DNA of 64,000 nucleotides from Podarcis cretensis (taxonomy: Eukaryota): assembly GCA_951804945.1 (NCBI GenBank), contig OX638153.1, forward strand, positions 17,732,001 to 17,796,000. The letters are read 5' to 3'. The position numbers and the translations under genes are program-made. This document shows positions 1 to 12,958 of the stretch, one piece after another (position 1 is the first letter of the stretch; the number at the start of each line of letters is the position of its first letter). Below the pieces are notes generated by a model. That model was not told the DNA's origin, searched no databases, and saw only the letters and a program-made list of their open reading frames with translations.

Positions 1-732
1 CTTCCCACCGCCAAACCTTCCATGCCACCCAAACCTTGGCCTTTGCTCTGTCTGCTTCTCATCTTCTACACATGCGGGGGAAAAGAATTGTATCCACAGT
101 GACTTTATAATAATCTTTTTACCCTGTTAAAATGTTTTCATAGTATTCACTCAAAAGCTTTCCATCTTGGATGGGCAGAGATCAATTTGCCTCAGCTGTT
201 AAGTGATTAATTCCTCAAATGAGCTTTCAAAATATTGATGGCAGATAAGCTCTGACATCCACATATCATGATAGCATGGCTTCACTTGTACAATCATAGC
301 TTCACAGGCCACAAATATTAGAAGAATAGTGATGCCATGAAACCCTGGAATATAATTGGGGTGCTGCTAGTTTTATATAATGGGAGAGCTTCCACTAGAG
401 GCTCATCAGAACAGTTCCTGGACAATGCCACTTCAGACTCGAGGTGAGGGGTTTTAGCCTTGCCTTCTCCATGTCATCATAAGTGTTGTATGTGCATGGA
501 TTTCCTCATATGGGGAAGCATTCTTCAGTGTGATCTCCTATCTCAACTTTATTTGAAAATTCTACACAGGTTTCATCTGATTAGGACCCACCCAACTTAC
601 CACAAAATTTGGCTTCAGGTAAAATTCAATTTATAGTTTTTGAAGCCATGAAAACCTTGTTTCCCCATCTAAAAACAACAACAACCAGCACCTCCCAAAA
701 TCAAAAATATATGAAAACCTTACTTTCTTACT

Positions 733-955
733 ATAGAATCATAGAATCATAGTTGAAAGAGACCACAAGGGCCATCGAGTCCAACCCCCTGCCAAGCAGT
801 AAACACCATCAGAGCACTCCTGACATATGGTTGTCAAGCCTCTGCTTAAAGACCTCCAAAGAAGGAGACTCCACCACACTCCTTGGCAGCAAATTCCACT
901 GTCGAACAGCTCTTACTGTCAGGAAGTTCTTCCTAATGTTTAGGTGGAATCTATT
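733..955 (-). mobile_element. CR1 LINE 3' end fragment
   Basis: (CATAGAAT)n tail, i.e. ATTCTATG repeats on minus; 'aggaagttcttcctaatgtttagg' encodes the CR1 ORF2 end (LNIRKNFLTVRAVRQWNLLP). Confidence 0.85.
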
Positions 956-2032
956 TGTATACTGTTGTTAAGGAATGGCAATATGTTTAGATACCCAGTA
1001 AAACTTTGTAATAGTATAGCATATCATCATTAATATGCATCACAAGGCTACAGTCCCATTCACATGAAATGGGAAGGGAACCGGGTTGAACATAGTAGAG
1101 TTGGCTTCTTGAGTAAGCATGGACAGGAGTAGGCTGCAAGCATCATACTAACTGCAGAGAAACATAACTATCCTGAACCCATATATTCATATCTTGCTCC
1201 ATCCCAGTAAATGAAATATCCTTGAAAATACTAATGTATATTTCTGGGTTCTCAAATTGGTGTCCTAAAGATACATATTTTCTGGTCCTGAACTTTCGCT
1301 TTGAGCTTGCATGAATTCAGTGAAGCTCCTCAACTCTTTTACGTGCTTGCTTGTTCCTTGTGTGTAGGTATATATTTTCAAAGTTCTATCAAATTGTTTT
1401 GTGACCTGAGGAATGAGAAAGCAGAGATGTCAGAGGCCCTGTTGTCCAAAGGCCTTGTCACCATGTGGCAAAAGAAGGATGACTGGCAGATTCCTAGTTT
1501 AGTGCTAAGAGGCTTATGTATTTACTGATGCAGACAGATACTGCAGCAATGCCATAATTACCAGCCTTATTACCTTTCAATACAGGATATAGGAGTTTTG
1601 CACCTGTGAAATTGGCAGTAATTTATTTCAACGTGCTACTTCTAAAAGTATTTCAATCATCATTCTAAAAGGAGGTTTTTCTTCTTTTAGAAAAATGCAA
1701 TGTACCAATATTTCTGCTGGGATAAAGGGAAAAGACCAAAAAAACAAAACCAAACAAAAAAAAAAAAAAAACGGGCGGGAGTAAGGGTTAACTCTAAACC
1801 TTCACATTGCTAGATAATAGGGCTTGTAAAACCCAACTTTGGAGTCAAGAATTATTCTTCAAAACCCTGTTGCATGTTTCCCATCCAATGGACTGCAGTT
1901 TGTTATAAGCTCTCTGTTATTGGCATCTGTCTGTCTCGGGAGACAATGGAAGAAGTGTGCCTTTGGGGGTGAAGTCAAACTGTTGGAAGGTTACGGCGCC
2001 TGCTGTGGCTGTAGAGACCAATATGGAAGACA

Positions 2033-2252
2033 TAAAGGTAAAGTAAAGGGATCCCTGACCATTAGGTCCAGTCGTGGATGACTCTGGGGTTGCGGCGCTC
2101 ATCTCACTTTATTGGCTGAGGGAGACGCGTACAGCTTCCGGGTCATGTGACCAGCATGACTAAGCCACTTCTGGTGAACCAGAGCAGCGCATGGAAATGC
2201 CCTTTACCTTCCCGCTGGAGTGGTACCTATTTAACTACTTGCACTTTGACAT
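2033..2252 (-). mobile_element. Sauria SINE, 5'-truncated
   Basis: ACCTTT-type tail and body homologous to the copies at 6308, 11332 and 29494. Confidence 0.9.
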
Positions 2253-2254
2253 AC

Positions 2255-2500
2255 TAGGTTGCAAATAGGACAGATGAAGGCATCCAGTTGTTCTGCTGCA
2301 AATGCACCAAGGCGTTTCTTCTCTGCACTCCTCCCAGTGGTCCTTCCTTCTCTGGTCACTGCTATGGATACATGACCTGTCTGTCTGTCTCCAGGCACTG
2401 CAGTCGTCTGCAAGGAATTCCCACATGGTGGGGTTAACGTTGACAGCCTTTGTGTCAAGTTTGCAGACATCTTTGTAATGCAGAGTTGGTCTTCCAATGG
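2255..2500 (-). mobile_element. RTE-clade LINE ORF C-terminal relic
   Basis: Minus strand reads GRPTLHYKDVCK...WEFLADDCSAWRQ...FICPICN, resembling the RTE GRPxxRYKD/WExLAxDRxxWR motifs and terminal Zn knuckle. Confidence 0.65.
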
Positions 2501-4141
2501 ACTACAGTTTGTTACAAACACAAAGCATTTATTTGCACAACCACCCTACGAGAAGGTAGGCTGCTGTTCTTGTTTGCAGAGGAGAAATCAAGGCTAAGGA
2601 AGGTCATTCAGTGTGACTACAGCAGAGTTGGAAACTTGATCCAAAGCATACAGGGCCCGCCTCCATCCCTTTGTTCAAGCTAGGTGTGCCCCAGAAGCGT
2701 CTTCCTGGGAGCAACTGCCTGAGAGTGGCACCTGTCAAAGATGCAACCTCTGCACTTGTTACAACCTTTTCTAATGCATCTAAGGCAGTCGCAGAAAGCT
2801 GTGTGTGTACAAGTCAGAGTTCTGCATGACGAATGGCTCCTAACCCTCACACCCCGCTTGCCTGAGCCGTTGCTTCTTTTAAATCACCCATCTTATCTTG
2901 AAGAAACACATCTTGTTCTGTATCCGAACCAGGTTGCTTATCTCACCTCCAGAGGCTGCCCATCAACGTGAGGGTGTGAAGTGAAATGACTTCGCCAGCT
3001 ATCGGCTCAATTTGCAGTGAGCAGCCCACATCTCGATACCAACACATAATTCAGTTGGTTTTGGCAGATTGCTAAAAGGAAGGCTAGAATCACACTGCCA
3101 GGGACACTGAATTATATCAACTTGAGACAGAATCTGAGCCCTGCAGGTCAGGATTTGAGGACACTAAAGGAAGCTTAAGCTTGTATTTGTAACAACAAAT
3201 ATTTTGAAATGTGGATGCTCAATGCAGACCAAACTATAATGGAGGCTGAGGTTAACATTCGACAAAATTTTGTAGAAGCAATTAAATACAATACGTATGT
3301 TATCAGTTAAATTTATAGTTCAACACAGGAAGCAGCTGTATTGATTGATCTTTATATTCAATGTGATCATTGTTAGGGGAAACAATTCTTATATTCATTC
3401 CTAAAACTGGTAAGAAGCTGCTCAAAAATCCTTCATAGCTAAAGTTAGTTTAAACACACTGACCATTTATATGCCAACCCTAAGAATTGCCAGGCACATC
3501 ACTATCAATGCTCAGGACTGTGTTTTGCCGTAATTCCATGAGAATGTAGAAACAGCACAGAACTGAAAACAAAATTGCGTTTCAACAATTTTTAAAGCAA
3601 GTTTCTAGCCCTTATGGTCAGGAGCACATGCATGTTGAAACTGTGGACAATGATTTCTGAAAACATAGTAGCCTGAGAAATGGTTAAAATGCATTTCCAG
3701 TGGGGCTTCCATGGCCTGCGTAGGTCCTTGGCCCTCCACCTGAACATTTTTGAACTTGTATTATCCCTTCCCCTCCTTTGGTTTGTTGATTTGCAATTCC
3801 TCCTCTTAGTTGGTCCCTGGTTATTTAGCTGGAATCCTGCTACCCACCCCATAACAAAATCTGTCCAGAGGTGTCAGCTTTTATAATCAAATAAACCAAG
3901 CCACTGTGATAAGTATATGTTGTTAAGGGCTTCTGTTTCAGATTTCTGTGAGTAGGACTATTGGTATAAGTTGCCTAGGGTAATACCTTGACACCCTCTT
4001 AATAGTCTGTTGAAGCATATAGCTATGCTCCACGCAACCTATCTATTTGTAAATAAATGCAAAATATTACAAGACAACTTGCACCTGCATTTTTGGACAC
4101 CAAAGTCAGTATAGGTTAGGCAAGGCCCTTGTTTTCAAATG

Positions 4142-4143
<2 letters not shown>

Positions 4144-4208
<65 letters not shown>

Positions 4209-4232
4209 TTGTTTTGTTTGTTTTGTTTTGTT
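4144..4232. repeat. Compound microsatellite (CA)n(TA)n(GTTTT)n
   Basis: Seen directly. Confidence 0.95.
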
Positions 4233-4393
4233 TATGGCCTGACAGCTGCACATCAGAATGAAGCCCCTAAAATTGTGACGTATGGGTGTATTTCACCGAA
4301 TCCTTGCTGGGTGACATTTCAAAGGCTGTAGTAGCCAGCCACAAATGTAACCTTAATCACCGAAAGAAGCACATATATTCAACATTCTATATA

Positions 4394-4403
4394 GTGTGTG
4401 TGT

Positions 4404-4438
<35 letters not shown>
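4394..4438. repeat. (GT)n microsatellite
   Basis: Seen directly. Confidence 0.95.
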
Positions 4439-4440
<2 letters not shown>

Positions 4441-6034
4441 GAGCATGGGTAGAGTGTAAAGAAGGGCTGGGTATGGTTATTTCTGGCTTCTGTTGCCATT
4501 GGTTTAACCTATCTGAACTGGTCATATACTTAGTTAAAATGCACCACAATCTTACTCATGTTTATGCAGAAGTACATCTCCCCTGTGACTTACCCTCTGT
4601 TAAGTGTGCTTCAGGTCACAGCCTCAGAAGCAGTGTTTCGACTGGAGTCCTATACCCACCTCCCTGGGAATAAGCCTCACTGCACTCAATGGGGCTTGTT
4701 ACTGAGGAGCTATGTGTAGGATTGCACTGTCAGCGAAGTTTTACAAACCTGTAAAGCAGCTGTCCCTCCTCCCTCCTGGTGCCTCCATTGTCAGCATCAC
4801 AACAGAAAGATCTGCAAGAAGGGAGGGTCTCTTTTTCTTTTCTTTTTATCTTGTCATTCCAGAATCCCACTTCTCGCCGTCAGCTGCTTGCATCCATATT
4901 GATGGGGAACAGGATAAATAGAACAAGCTAATTTGTAATCCCAGATAGAAAATGATGGCTCGACTGTTTCCGTCATTGAGCACTCTGCCAGTTTAAACAG
5001 CTGATTAGTCAGCTTCTGTGGAATTGATCTGAATCAGTTCCACCTGCATGCTCCCACCAGGAGCCACTTTATTGTAAATCAATCATTCTGAAAACAACTC
5101 ACAAAGGGGCCAGTCCTCACTAACAAGCCATCAATTTGACCTGTCTGTCTGGAGCACACTGCCAATTAGGAGTGCAACAAACATTTATTCAAAAATTATG
5201 GACAAGTTTACAGTTTATTTTTCCTCTTCTTAAGTGGCACCTGTAGCAATATATGTTGCTGTATCATGTTTGTTTTTAAAACCTTATTTGGGGAGGGGGC
5301 AGTTTCCAGCTATCACAATAGAAAGGGCTTTTGGTATGTGCATGAGAAAGAAAACATGTTCAGAATTTTAACAAACAGATGGGGCAGTTAGCCTTTATTA
5401 CTAAAAGCCAATGTTAGCAGGAACTCAGAAGCTTTATGTCCTGCCCTTGATCCCCCAGGGTATAAAGATCAATCCTAGAAGTCAGAGAAGTTCTCCTCTT
5501 TCTTTGACATGATGAATTGCTAAATTTTGGCCTTGCGGGATAGTGGCTCATCCAACTGGCAGTGGTTGGAGAATCTGCCTTAGGAGGGATGCAGAGATAT
5601 ATGGTTTGGTCTTTCAACTTTTCCTTTAAGATAGTTCAAACTATCCTAAATAAAAGAGAATGAAATAGATACGTTCTAGTTTTCTGCCCTTTCCTTTTCT
5701 TTCTTTCTTTTTAATTGGCGTGTCTGGGCATTTCATTTATGTCAACACTAAAGTGTGAGAATAATGTTTGGAAGCTCTGTGTCGTGTTTAGTATCTCAAG
5801 AGTGTAAGACTCTTCCAAATAGATGCAGGAGGGATGGGTGCAGGGATATGTACTGATTTAAGCTCTGATGCCAGGCTGGGTATGCTAGCTGAGATAATGC
5901 GATTGCATTGCCAAAGTGTGCTTTTCGAGACAGGTTATGGTTGACTATAAAAATGTGATACTCTGTCATACAAGCTGCATAACACCACAGCTCAAGAAGA
6001 AGAAAAAAGGCTAGGGAAAATATTTCATTCAAAC

Positions 6035-6725
6035 CCTAACTTAAAAGCATAAGAAGAACCTGTTGGATCAGGCCAATGACCATCTCGTTCATCATCCTGT
6101 GGCCAACCAGATGCCTGTGGGAAACCGCCAAGTTGAATCTGAGCACACAAGCACTCTTTTCTTCTGCTGTCTCCAGCAACTGGTATTTGGAAACCGTACT
6201 GCTTCTGACTGTGGAGCCAAAGCGTAGTCATCGTAGCTAGTAGCCATCTACAGATAGCATTCTTTTCATGAATCCTCTTTTAAAGCCATCTAAGTTGGTG
6301 CCCAAAAGGGACACGGGTGGCGCTGTGGGTTAAACCACAGAGCCTGGCACTTGCCGATCAGAAGGTCGGCGGTTTGAATCCCCGCGACGGGGTGAGCTCC
6401 CGTTGCTCGGTCCCTGCTCCTGCCAACCTAGCAGTTCGAAAGCACGTCAAAGTGCAAGTAGATAAATAGGTACCGCTTCAGCTGGAAGGTAAACAGCGTT
6501 TCCGTGTGCTGCTCTGGTTTGCCAGAAGTGACTTAGTCATGCTGGCCACATGACCCAGCTCCCTTGGCCAATAAAGTGAGATGAGCGCCGCAACCTGAGA
6601 GTTGGCCACGACTGGACCTAATGGTCAGGGGTCCCTTTACCTTTACCTTTAAGTTGGTGCCCATCATTGTCTCCTGTGAGAGCAAGTTCCATAGTGTAAC
6701 TATGTCCTGTGTGAAGGAGTTTTTT
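6035..6725 (-). mobile_element. Old CR1 3' fragment, interrupted by a Sauria SINE
   Basis: cataagaag...ggatcaggcc 3' end; minus frame SFTQDIVTLWNLLSQETMMGTNL continues as (L)DGFKRG across the SINE. Confidence 0.75.
6308..6649 (+). mobile_element. Near full-length Sauria SINE with 14-bp TSD
   Basis: tRNA-like head GGGACACGGGTGGCGCTGTGGG, B-box-like GGTTTGAATCC, tail CCTTTACCTTTACCTTT; TSD TAAGTTGGTGCCCA at 6291-6304 and 6650-6663. Confidence 0.95.
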
Positions 6726-7834
6726 AGGAAGAACTTGGTGACTTTAAAACGTCCTACCATCACAGAACTCTTTCCAAATCAATGCATTTGCTAAAGAGCT
6801 CCTCCACATGTGTCACAGAACCCCAGCGCATTGCAGATGATTCTGTGATGTTCCAGGATGAATTGCACACTCATTTGCTCAACAGGTGGAAAAATCTGAA
6901 AACGTGACCCAGAACGTGTCCAACACTCTTGTGCAGCTGGAGAGGATTGAAAGGGTGTGGATATGCTGCCTTTCACACAAGTTTGTCTGCTATTACTAAT
7001 ATAACAAAACAGGTGTGAGGGGAAAGGCAGCGGACTTTGCATCTTGTAAGACTCTTAAGAGGGGATGTGGGAATAGAGGAGGCACAATACAGGTCTGTGA
7101 GGATCTGTAGTTGCAATGCAAGTTTCACCAAGCCCTTTTGGGAAGGAGAGGCATACAGTGGCTGATTTCTCCATCTCTTGAAATACAAAAGCCAAAGAAG
7201 ATTGTCACATAATAAAGTAAGAAAGTCCACATTTACCAGGATAACTTAATTTATAATTGCTGCTGCTCAAAATGTGAGAGAGGACACCACCCATTACATG
7301 CTGTTCCTCTGCTCCCAGAAACTGAAGCAAGAACTTGACAGTCCTTCTCATGTCCCCTCTCTTGGTTCTACTTTATTACCACTGTAGTCAGCCCATTCTT
7401 CAGAAATGCTGAAAATCCAGCGAAAAAAATAAATGGTTTCTTTAGCCTATACTTGTCCTGCCAACTGATCCTTGGAATGCCTTTTGCTATAACTCACTTT
7501 CATTCTAGGCTGGAATTATGGAGGCTCAATGCCGAAAAGCGACACCAAATGCTTTGTATCTTCTGTCTCAATGACTTTCACCCTCCGTTTGTAAGGAAAG
7601 AGATGTAGGCAGAGTCCTCGATAGGACAGAGAAGGATTCACAGGCTCAAACGGAACCCAAGCCCTGTTTATTATTTGGCTGAGGGATCTGAACTGTTTCA
7701 GTGGGACTGATATCAGAGTAAACATAGACATATTGGTTGTAGTATGTTTATAGTATCTGTAAGTCACTTTGAGTCATTTCCACAGGTAAAGTAAGTATGA
7801 TGATGATAAAATATCTGGTCTGGTTTCATACCTG

Positions 7835-8215
7835 GTTTTGGGAGAGAGATGGGGAAATGTGAGCCTGTTGGTTCCCCTCAATCTCCAAGTGGCTCTTGGC
7901 ACCATAGACCATGGTGTTCTTCTGCAACAACTCAAGGAGGCACTGTACTACAACAGTTCTGCTCCTACCTGCAGTGTCACTACCAGAAAGTCGTACAGTC
8001 GTACCTTGGAAGTCAAACGGAATCTGTTCCGGAAGTCCGTTCGACTTCCAAAACATTTGGAAACCAAAGCGCAGCTTCTGATTGGCTGCAGGTTCGAAAA
8101 CTAAGCTGTTTGGAAACCAAGGTACAACTGTACTAGGAAATAGCTTTTGGGCTGTGGGGATCCACAAGGATCCAGTCTGTGCTTCCTATGCTTTCTATAT
8201 GGAACCATTGGAAGC
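7835..8215 (+). mobile_element. Degenerate L2-type reverse transcriptase fragment, split by a MITE
   Basis: LLVPLNLQVALGTIDHGVLL resembles LLLLDLSAAFDTIDHxxLL; a GxPQGS-like segment follows the MITE. Confidence 0.6.
7996..8130. mobile_element. Tc1/mariner-type (Tigger-like) MITE
   Basis: TIRs CAGTCGTACCTTGG / CCAAGGTACAACTG, TA on both flanks. Confidence 0.85.
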
Positions 8216-9620
8216 TGTCTGTCTTTCTGGATCCATGTTCCTTCTCCTGCATCCTATTCCTCACTCTGTCATGTCCTCAGGTATCACCTTGGCACCAGAT
8301 AATGTGTAGCTTCATGTCTACTGAGGAAGAGATCTGATCTTCCATTTAGTGCATGGAAGGTAATAAATGACCTTGTTTTCTTCCTAGCAGACTATAGCAT
8401 AGTATCATAAACCTCAAGAGGCAATTGTCTGGCCATTTCTACTTACTACACTCAGAGCTAGGAAGGGTCTATGACCACTGGCAGGAAGAAAATGGGATTA
8501 CTACTTCCTTTTTGGGTGGGTTTCATGTATTTTTGAGGGTTGTGTGACCAGCAGAGTTGTTAGCACAGCTTTTAAAAGCATAGGAACCCTCCTACACTGG
8601 AGAAAAGGCAGCAACCCAAGAAGGTAATCTGGAATAAGAGGTAACCTATGCAAGCTGTTGTATAGAGGCTAAAAAGCGAGAAGCCCCTCAGTTCAATGTA
8701 ATCTCAACTATGAATTCATTAGGGGACTTTAGACAGGCAGGTGTTCTTCCAGTTTCTGCCCCCTCCATCCCCTGCAATATGAGGTCAATAAAACTGGCTT
8801 CTGTTACACAAGTACTGTAAAGAATACTGGAGAGCTTGACTTACACTATACAGAAGCTATTATCATGCTAAGATACACATTCTGGAATGTGAGGGTCTCA
8901 AGGGCTTGCAAATTGAAATCCATGCATTTCTTAGAAGGCAGTCTTCTGTAGGTCTTTAGGACTGTCATGGAGCCATAATTCTTCATATGCCAAGTCTATT
9001 TCTTGAGCCTGTCCTGTTAAAAATAAAAAAAAATCCAACTGGATCCCACTATCCCATATCAAGCTGCTACATTCCCAGCCAAAATGATCCGAAAGTCCCC
9101 CACCAGCTGCCAGTGTTTCAATAAATGCTCCAGAGTTGTGTCTGCAGCCAGATGGTCCTTGACAAAATCTTCACATGTCAACTTGCATTGTGATATCAGA
9201 GCAGTTTCTTCCCCATAGTTTTGTGTGCATGTGCACATACTTGCCATTATTTTGCTTCTCTTTTTTTTCCGCACTCAGAAGAAGGATTTCTGTTTTACCT
9301 CAGACGTTATTCAGTAATGGCAGCCTATGAATTGCTGAGAATTTTGCATTAAATTCTGACAAACACGTTTTATTCCAAGATGTGGCTTTCCTTGGTACAG
9401 AATTTTTATCCATAGAATGGATAGCAGAGAGAGACACAGCTTTGCTATATTTTCTTGTTGTGTGCCAAGGAGGAAGAAGAATTGCCACAGAACCCTCATG
9501 AACTGCTAAAGGAGGGACAAAGAGAAAGGAAGGGAATACAAATAATATGCAAATGGCTAACTAACAAGACTTGGGAGAGTTGGCCTAGACTAGTGGGAGA
9601 AGGTATGTGTAAGGAGCTAC

Positions 9621-9835
9621 AATGGCACCTTGGTACCCGAATGGCTTAGTTGTCGAGCAAATCAGCTCCCAAATGCCGCAAACCTGGAAGTATTTTGGTT
9701 TGTGAACGTTTTTCAGAAGCCGAATGTCCGATGCAGCTTTCACAGCTTCTAATTGAGTGCAGGAAGCTCCTGCAGCCAATCAGAAGCTGTGCCTTGGTTT
9801 TCGAACGGTTTTGGGAGTCGAATGGACTCTCGAGT
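9621..9835. mobile_element. Truncated MITE related to 7996-8130, in opposite orientation
   Basis: Left end CAATGGCACCTTGG; shares CTGCAGCCAATCAGAAGCTG and ggttttcgaac with the reverse complement of 7996-8130. Confidence 0.7.
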
Positions 9836-10201
9836 TGAACCCTGAATGGCATATTATCAGCTTGAGATGGAGAGAAGAAGGAGGAAAGGGAGAGTTATTT
9901 CTTTATCAATCAAACAAACATCCAGAATGTCCCTTTCCTCTTTTGAAAGTCCTTTGTCCCCCATGAAAGGGGGACATTTAATGGAGCTTGGTGTCTTCTA
10001 TTCCTTATGGGGAGGGAGGCTTGCAATTGTTTATAAGGATTTCTACTTTTTCTTCCTTTCTTGAACAGCAACAAAATCTTTGCTGCCACTCCCAGTGATG
10101 GTTAAGCTGCAGTGGGCAGCCTCACGATTTTCCTAACTGTAGTCATTCTGTGACAATGATAAATACCACCCCCAGACATATATTAATATTCCATGAATTC
10201 T

Positions 10202-10204
<3 letters not shown>

Positions 10205-10262
<58 letters not shown>
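10205..10262. repeat. (TC)n(AC)n microsatellite
   Basis: Seen directly. Confidence 0.95.
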
Positions 10263-10263
<1 letters not shown>

Positions 10264-11331
10264 ACCCCAGCCATAATTGTAGCCCAGCTCAGGGTTCGAG
10301 TCACGAGTGGCAGCTGGTACCCATGAAAATCAGAGTGCTCAGGATTCCAACTCCACCCAAGCTCGTCCACCAGCCCCAGCCTTAGCCTCACCCCCTCTTG
10401 AGATTCAGTATTATCATCCCGTGCTTATGTGTGAGTGATCTCAGCTGAAAAACGCGTGTGAGAGAGATGAATTCTCTTTGTTTCTAGTGTCTGACTTGAG
10501 ATACCCAGTTTACACATGCAAACTTTTGTTACTTGATAGTCATTAACGGATGTACTTCAAACCAGCTCTGAATTCTTATCAGTGCTCCTCCTTATTTGAT
10601 ACATTTTCTCTGGAGTTTGCATTCATGCTGCGATACCATGAAAACTGTCATATTTGATTATATTTTTTTGTGAGACCTTTTTTTCTTTTCATTTCCATAC
10701 ATTTACCATGAATATTAGTTTTAAAATTTGAAACAGCAAGAGAAAGTACTTTGCTTGTTGGGGAAAATATTTCAGAGTCTGTCCAGTTTAATCTTGCCAC
10801 TATAACCATGAGATGGCCACCCTCACCAGCAGCGAGGGTGTCCTTCAAAGACTAGCCCCTAGGCACCGGCACTGGCGTCTAACATCTAGCAGCCGCACAT
10901 CAGTCCTAGGGAAATTAAAGCCAATTTCTGGACACCAGACTGTGGTTTTTATTCATGCATCTAGACAGCATGGAGACTGCCTTGCCATATACTGACATAA
11001 AGGACAAATAGACCTAGTTATTATCTGTGACACAGTGAGCCCAGATGACATGCTCCGACAAGGTCTGAAAACAGTAAAATAGAGATGTTGAAAGGAACTG
11101 GTGTTAAAATGAAGCTCCAAGGACTGCATCATGGGATGGTGGCAGGATTGTGTAGTGTCTTAAAAGTAACGTATTGGGACACACACGCACCCCTTGCCAG
11201 TTAACTTCCAATCCTGTCCATATAAGAGGCTGAGTTTGATCTTAGCAGTGTTAGTCCAGTGAATTCTTTGTTGGAGTTCTGAATTTGCAATATGTGGTGT
11301 GAGTGTTGATTCTTATGTAGCCAAAATTCAT

Positions 11332-11655
11332 GGTAAAGGTAAAGGGACCCCTGACCATTAGGTCCAGTTGTGACCGACTCTGGGGTTGCAGCGCTCATCT
11401 CGCTTTATTGGCCGAGGGAGCCGGCGTACAGGTTCTGGGTCATGTGGCCAGCATGACTAAGCCGCTTCTGGCGAACCAGAGCAGTGCATTCCCGTTGGAG
11501 CGGTACCTATTTATCTACTTGCACTTTGACGTGCTTTCCAACTGCTAGATTGGCAGGAGCTAGGACCGAGCAACGGGAGCTCACCCCATCACGGGGATTT
11601 GAACCACCGACCTTCTGATCAGCAAGTCCTAGGCTCTGTGGTTTAACCTACTGCC
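11332..11655 (-). mobile_element. Sauria SINE
   Basis: GGTAAAGGTAAAGG tail, full body; head ...ctctgtggtttaacc. Confidence 0.92.
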
Positions 11656-12242
11656 CCACAAATCCAGAGGGTGGTAGTCAACTAAGTCTTACTTAGACTA
11701 GATCCACGACATTAATGAACATAATCCATTTCAGTGGGTCTACTCTGAATACCACCCACTAAATTGCCATACACCAAAGAGAACCCAATGGGAACAAAGC
11801 ATGCTAAATAGCTACTGAAATTGCTAGTAAAAACAGGTGGGGCCCATGGAGAAGGGGAAATGGGATTGGCTGGTGAAGGGGAGGGTATAGCCCCAGTGGT
11901 CCAGGAGGCTTCAAAACAAGTTGGCAGGATAGGACTAGCTCAGGTATCTTCAACCTTTAACACACACACACATTGGGGAACCCATTTCTTATTCTTTTAC
12001 CATACATTTGCATGGTGGTAATGTTCCTGTTGCGATCCGCCTTGGATCTGGCTGAGACCCACGTGTGTCCCCACCCACCAGCTGAAGACCAGTGGGCCAG
12101 GCCCTAGAGAAGGCAAAGAGTGCAGAGGGTGTAAAGAGGAGAGTGGGAACCGAGAAGTTCTGTATATTTATTCCTCCTTTGCCCTTTACTCCATTTCTGT
12201 CTTTTTCTCCGAGTGAAATGAGCAAAAGAGAACAGAGGAAGA

Positions 12243-12245
<3 letters not shown>

Positions 12246-12273
<28 letters not shown>
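12246..12273. repeat. (GT)n microsatellite
   Basis: Seen directly. Confidence 0.95.
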
Positions 12274-12707
12274 AAGTAAGAACCTTCTCATTGTTTTGAT
12301 ATGTCACTCCCTAGTTTACTTTGAGATGCTATTTTTAATCGTCTCCATAGAAGGAAGTGAGAGTTGCCTATAGAAACCAATGGATAAATTAAGTTAGGAT
12401 TGGGCAGTAGTACATCCTACACCTAACGAAAATACCAAAAATAGAGCAGCAAAGAAAAGAGTTCCTGCAAGTTAAGGGATGGGCTGAAGCCAAGAGGGTT
12501 ACAAAATAGAATCTTATTCTGTTTTACTCAATTTGGAGGGCTGTGCCGAGATACAGAAACCCTGCGCTGTTGTTAATGCAGATCAGAAGTAGGACTGAAT
12601 CTGCTTCGGATTCCCAAGTTGCACCCACACCATACATTTAAAGCAGCTGTTACATGCCACTTTAATTGTCGTGACATCTCCCAAACAGTCTCAGGAACTA
12701 GTATATA

Positions 12708-12958
12708 CAGTGGTACCTTGGTTTAAGAACAGCTTAGTTTATGAACAACTTAGATTAAGAATGCTACAAACTTTGAAGTAGGTGTTTTGGTTTGTGAACT
12801 TTGCCTTGGAAGCAGAACATGTTCCGGTTCCTGTCGAGTGTGTTCCATTTGTAAACTGAGTCCACTGCTGCTATGGGAAAGCATGCCTTGGTTTAAGAAT
12901 GCTTAGGTTTAAGAATGGACTTCCAGAACGGATTAGGTTCGTAAACCAAGGACCACTG
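12708..12958. mobile_element. Tc1/mariner-type MITE
   Basis: TIRs CAGTGGTACCTTGGTTTA / TAAACCAAGGACCACTG, TA flanks, repeated GTTTAAGAA. Confidence 0.85.
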
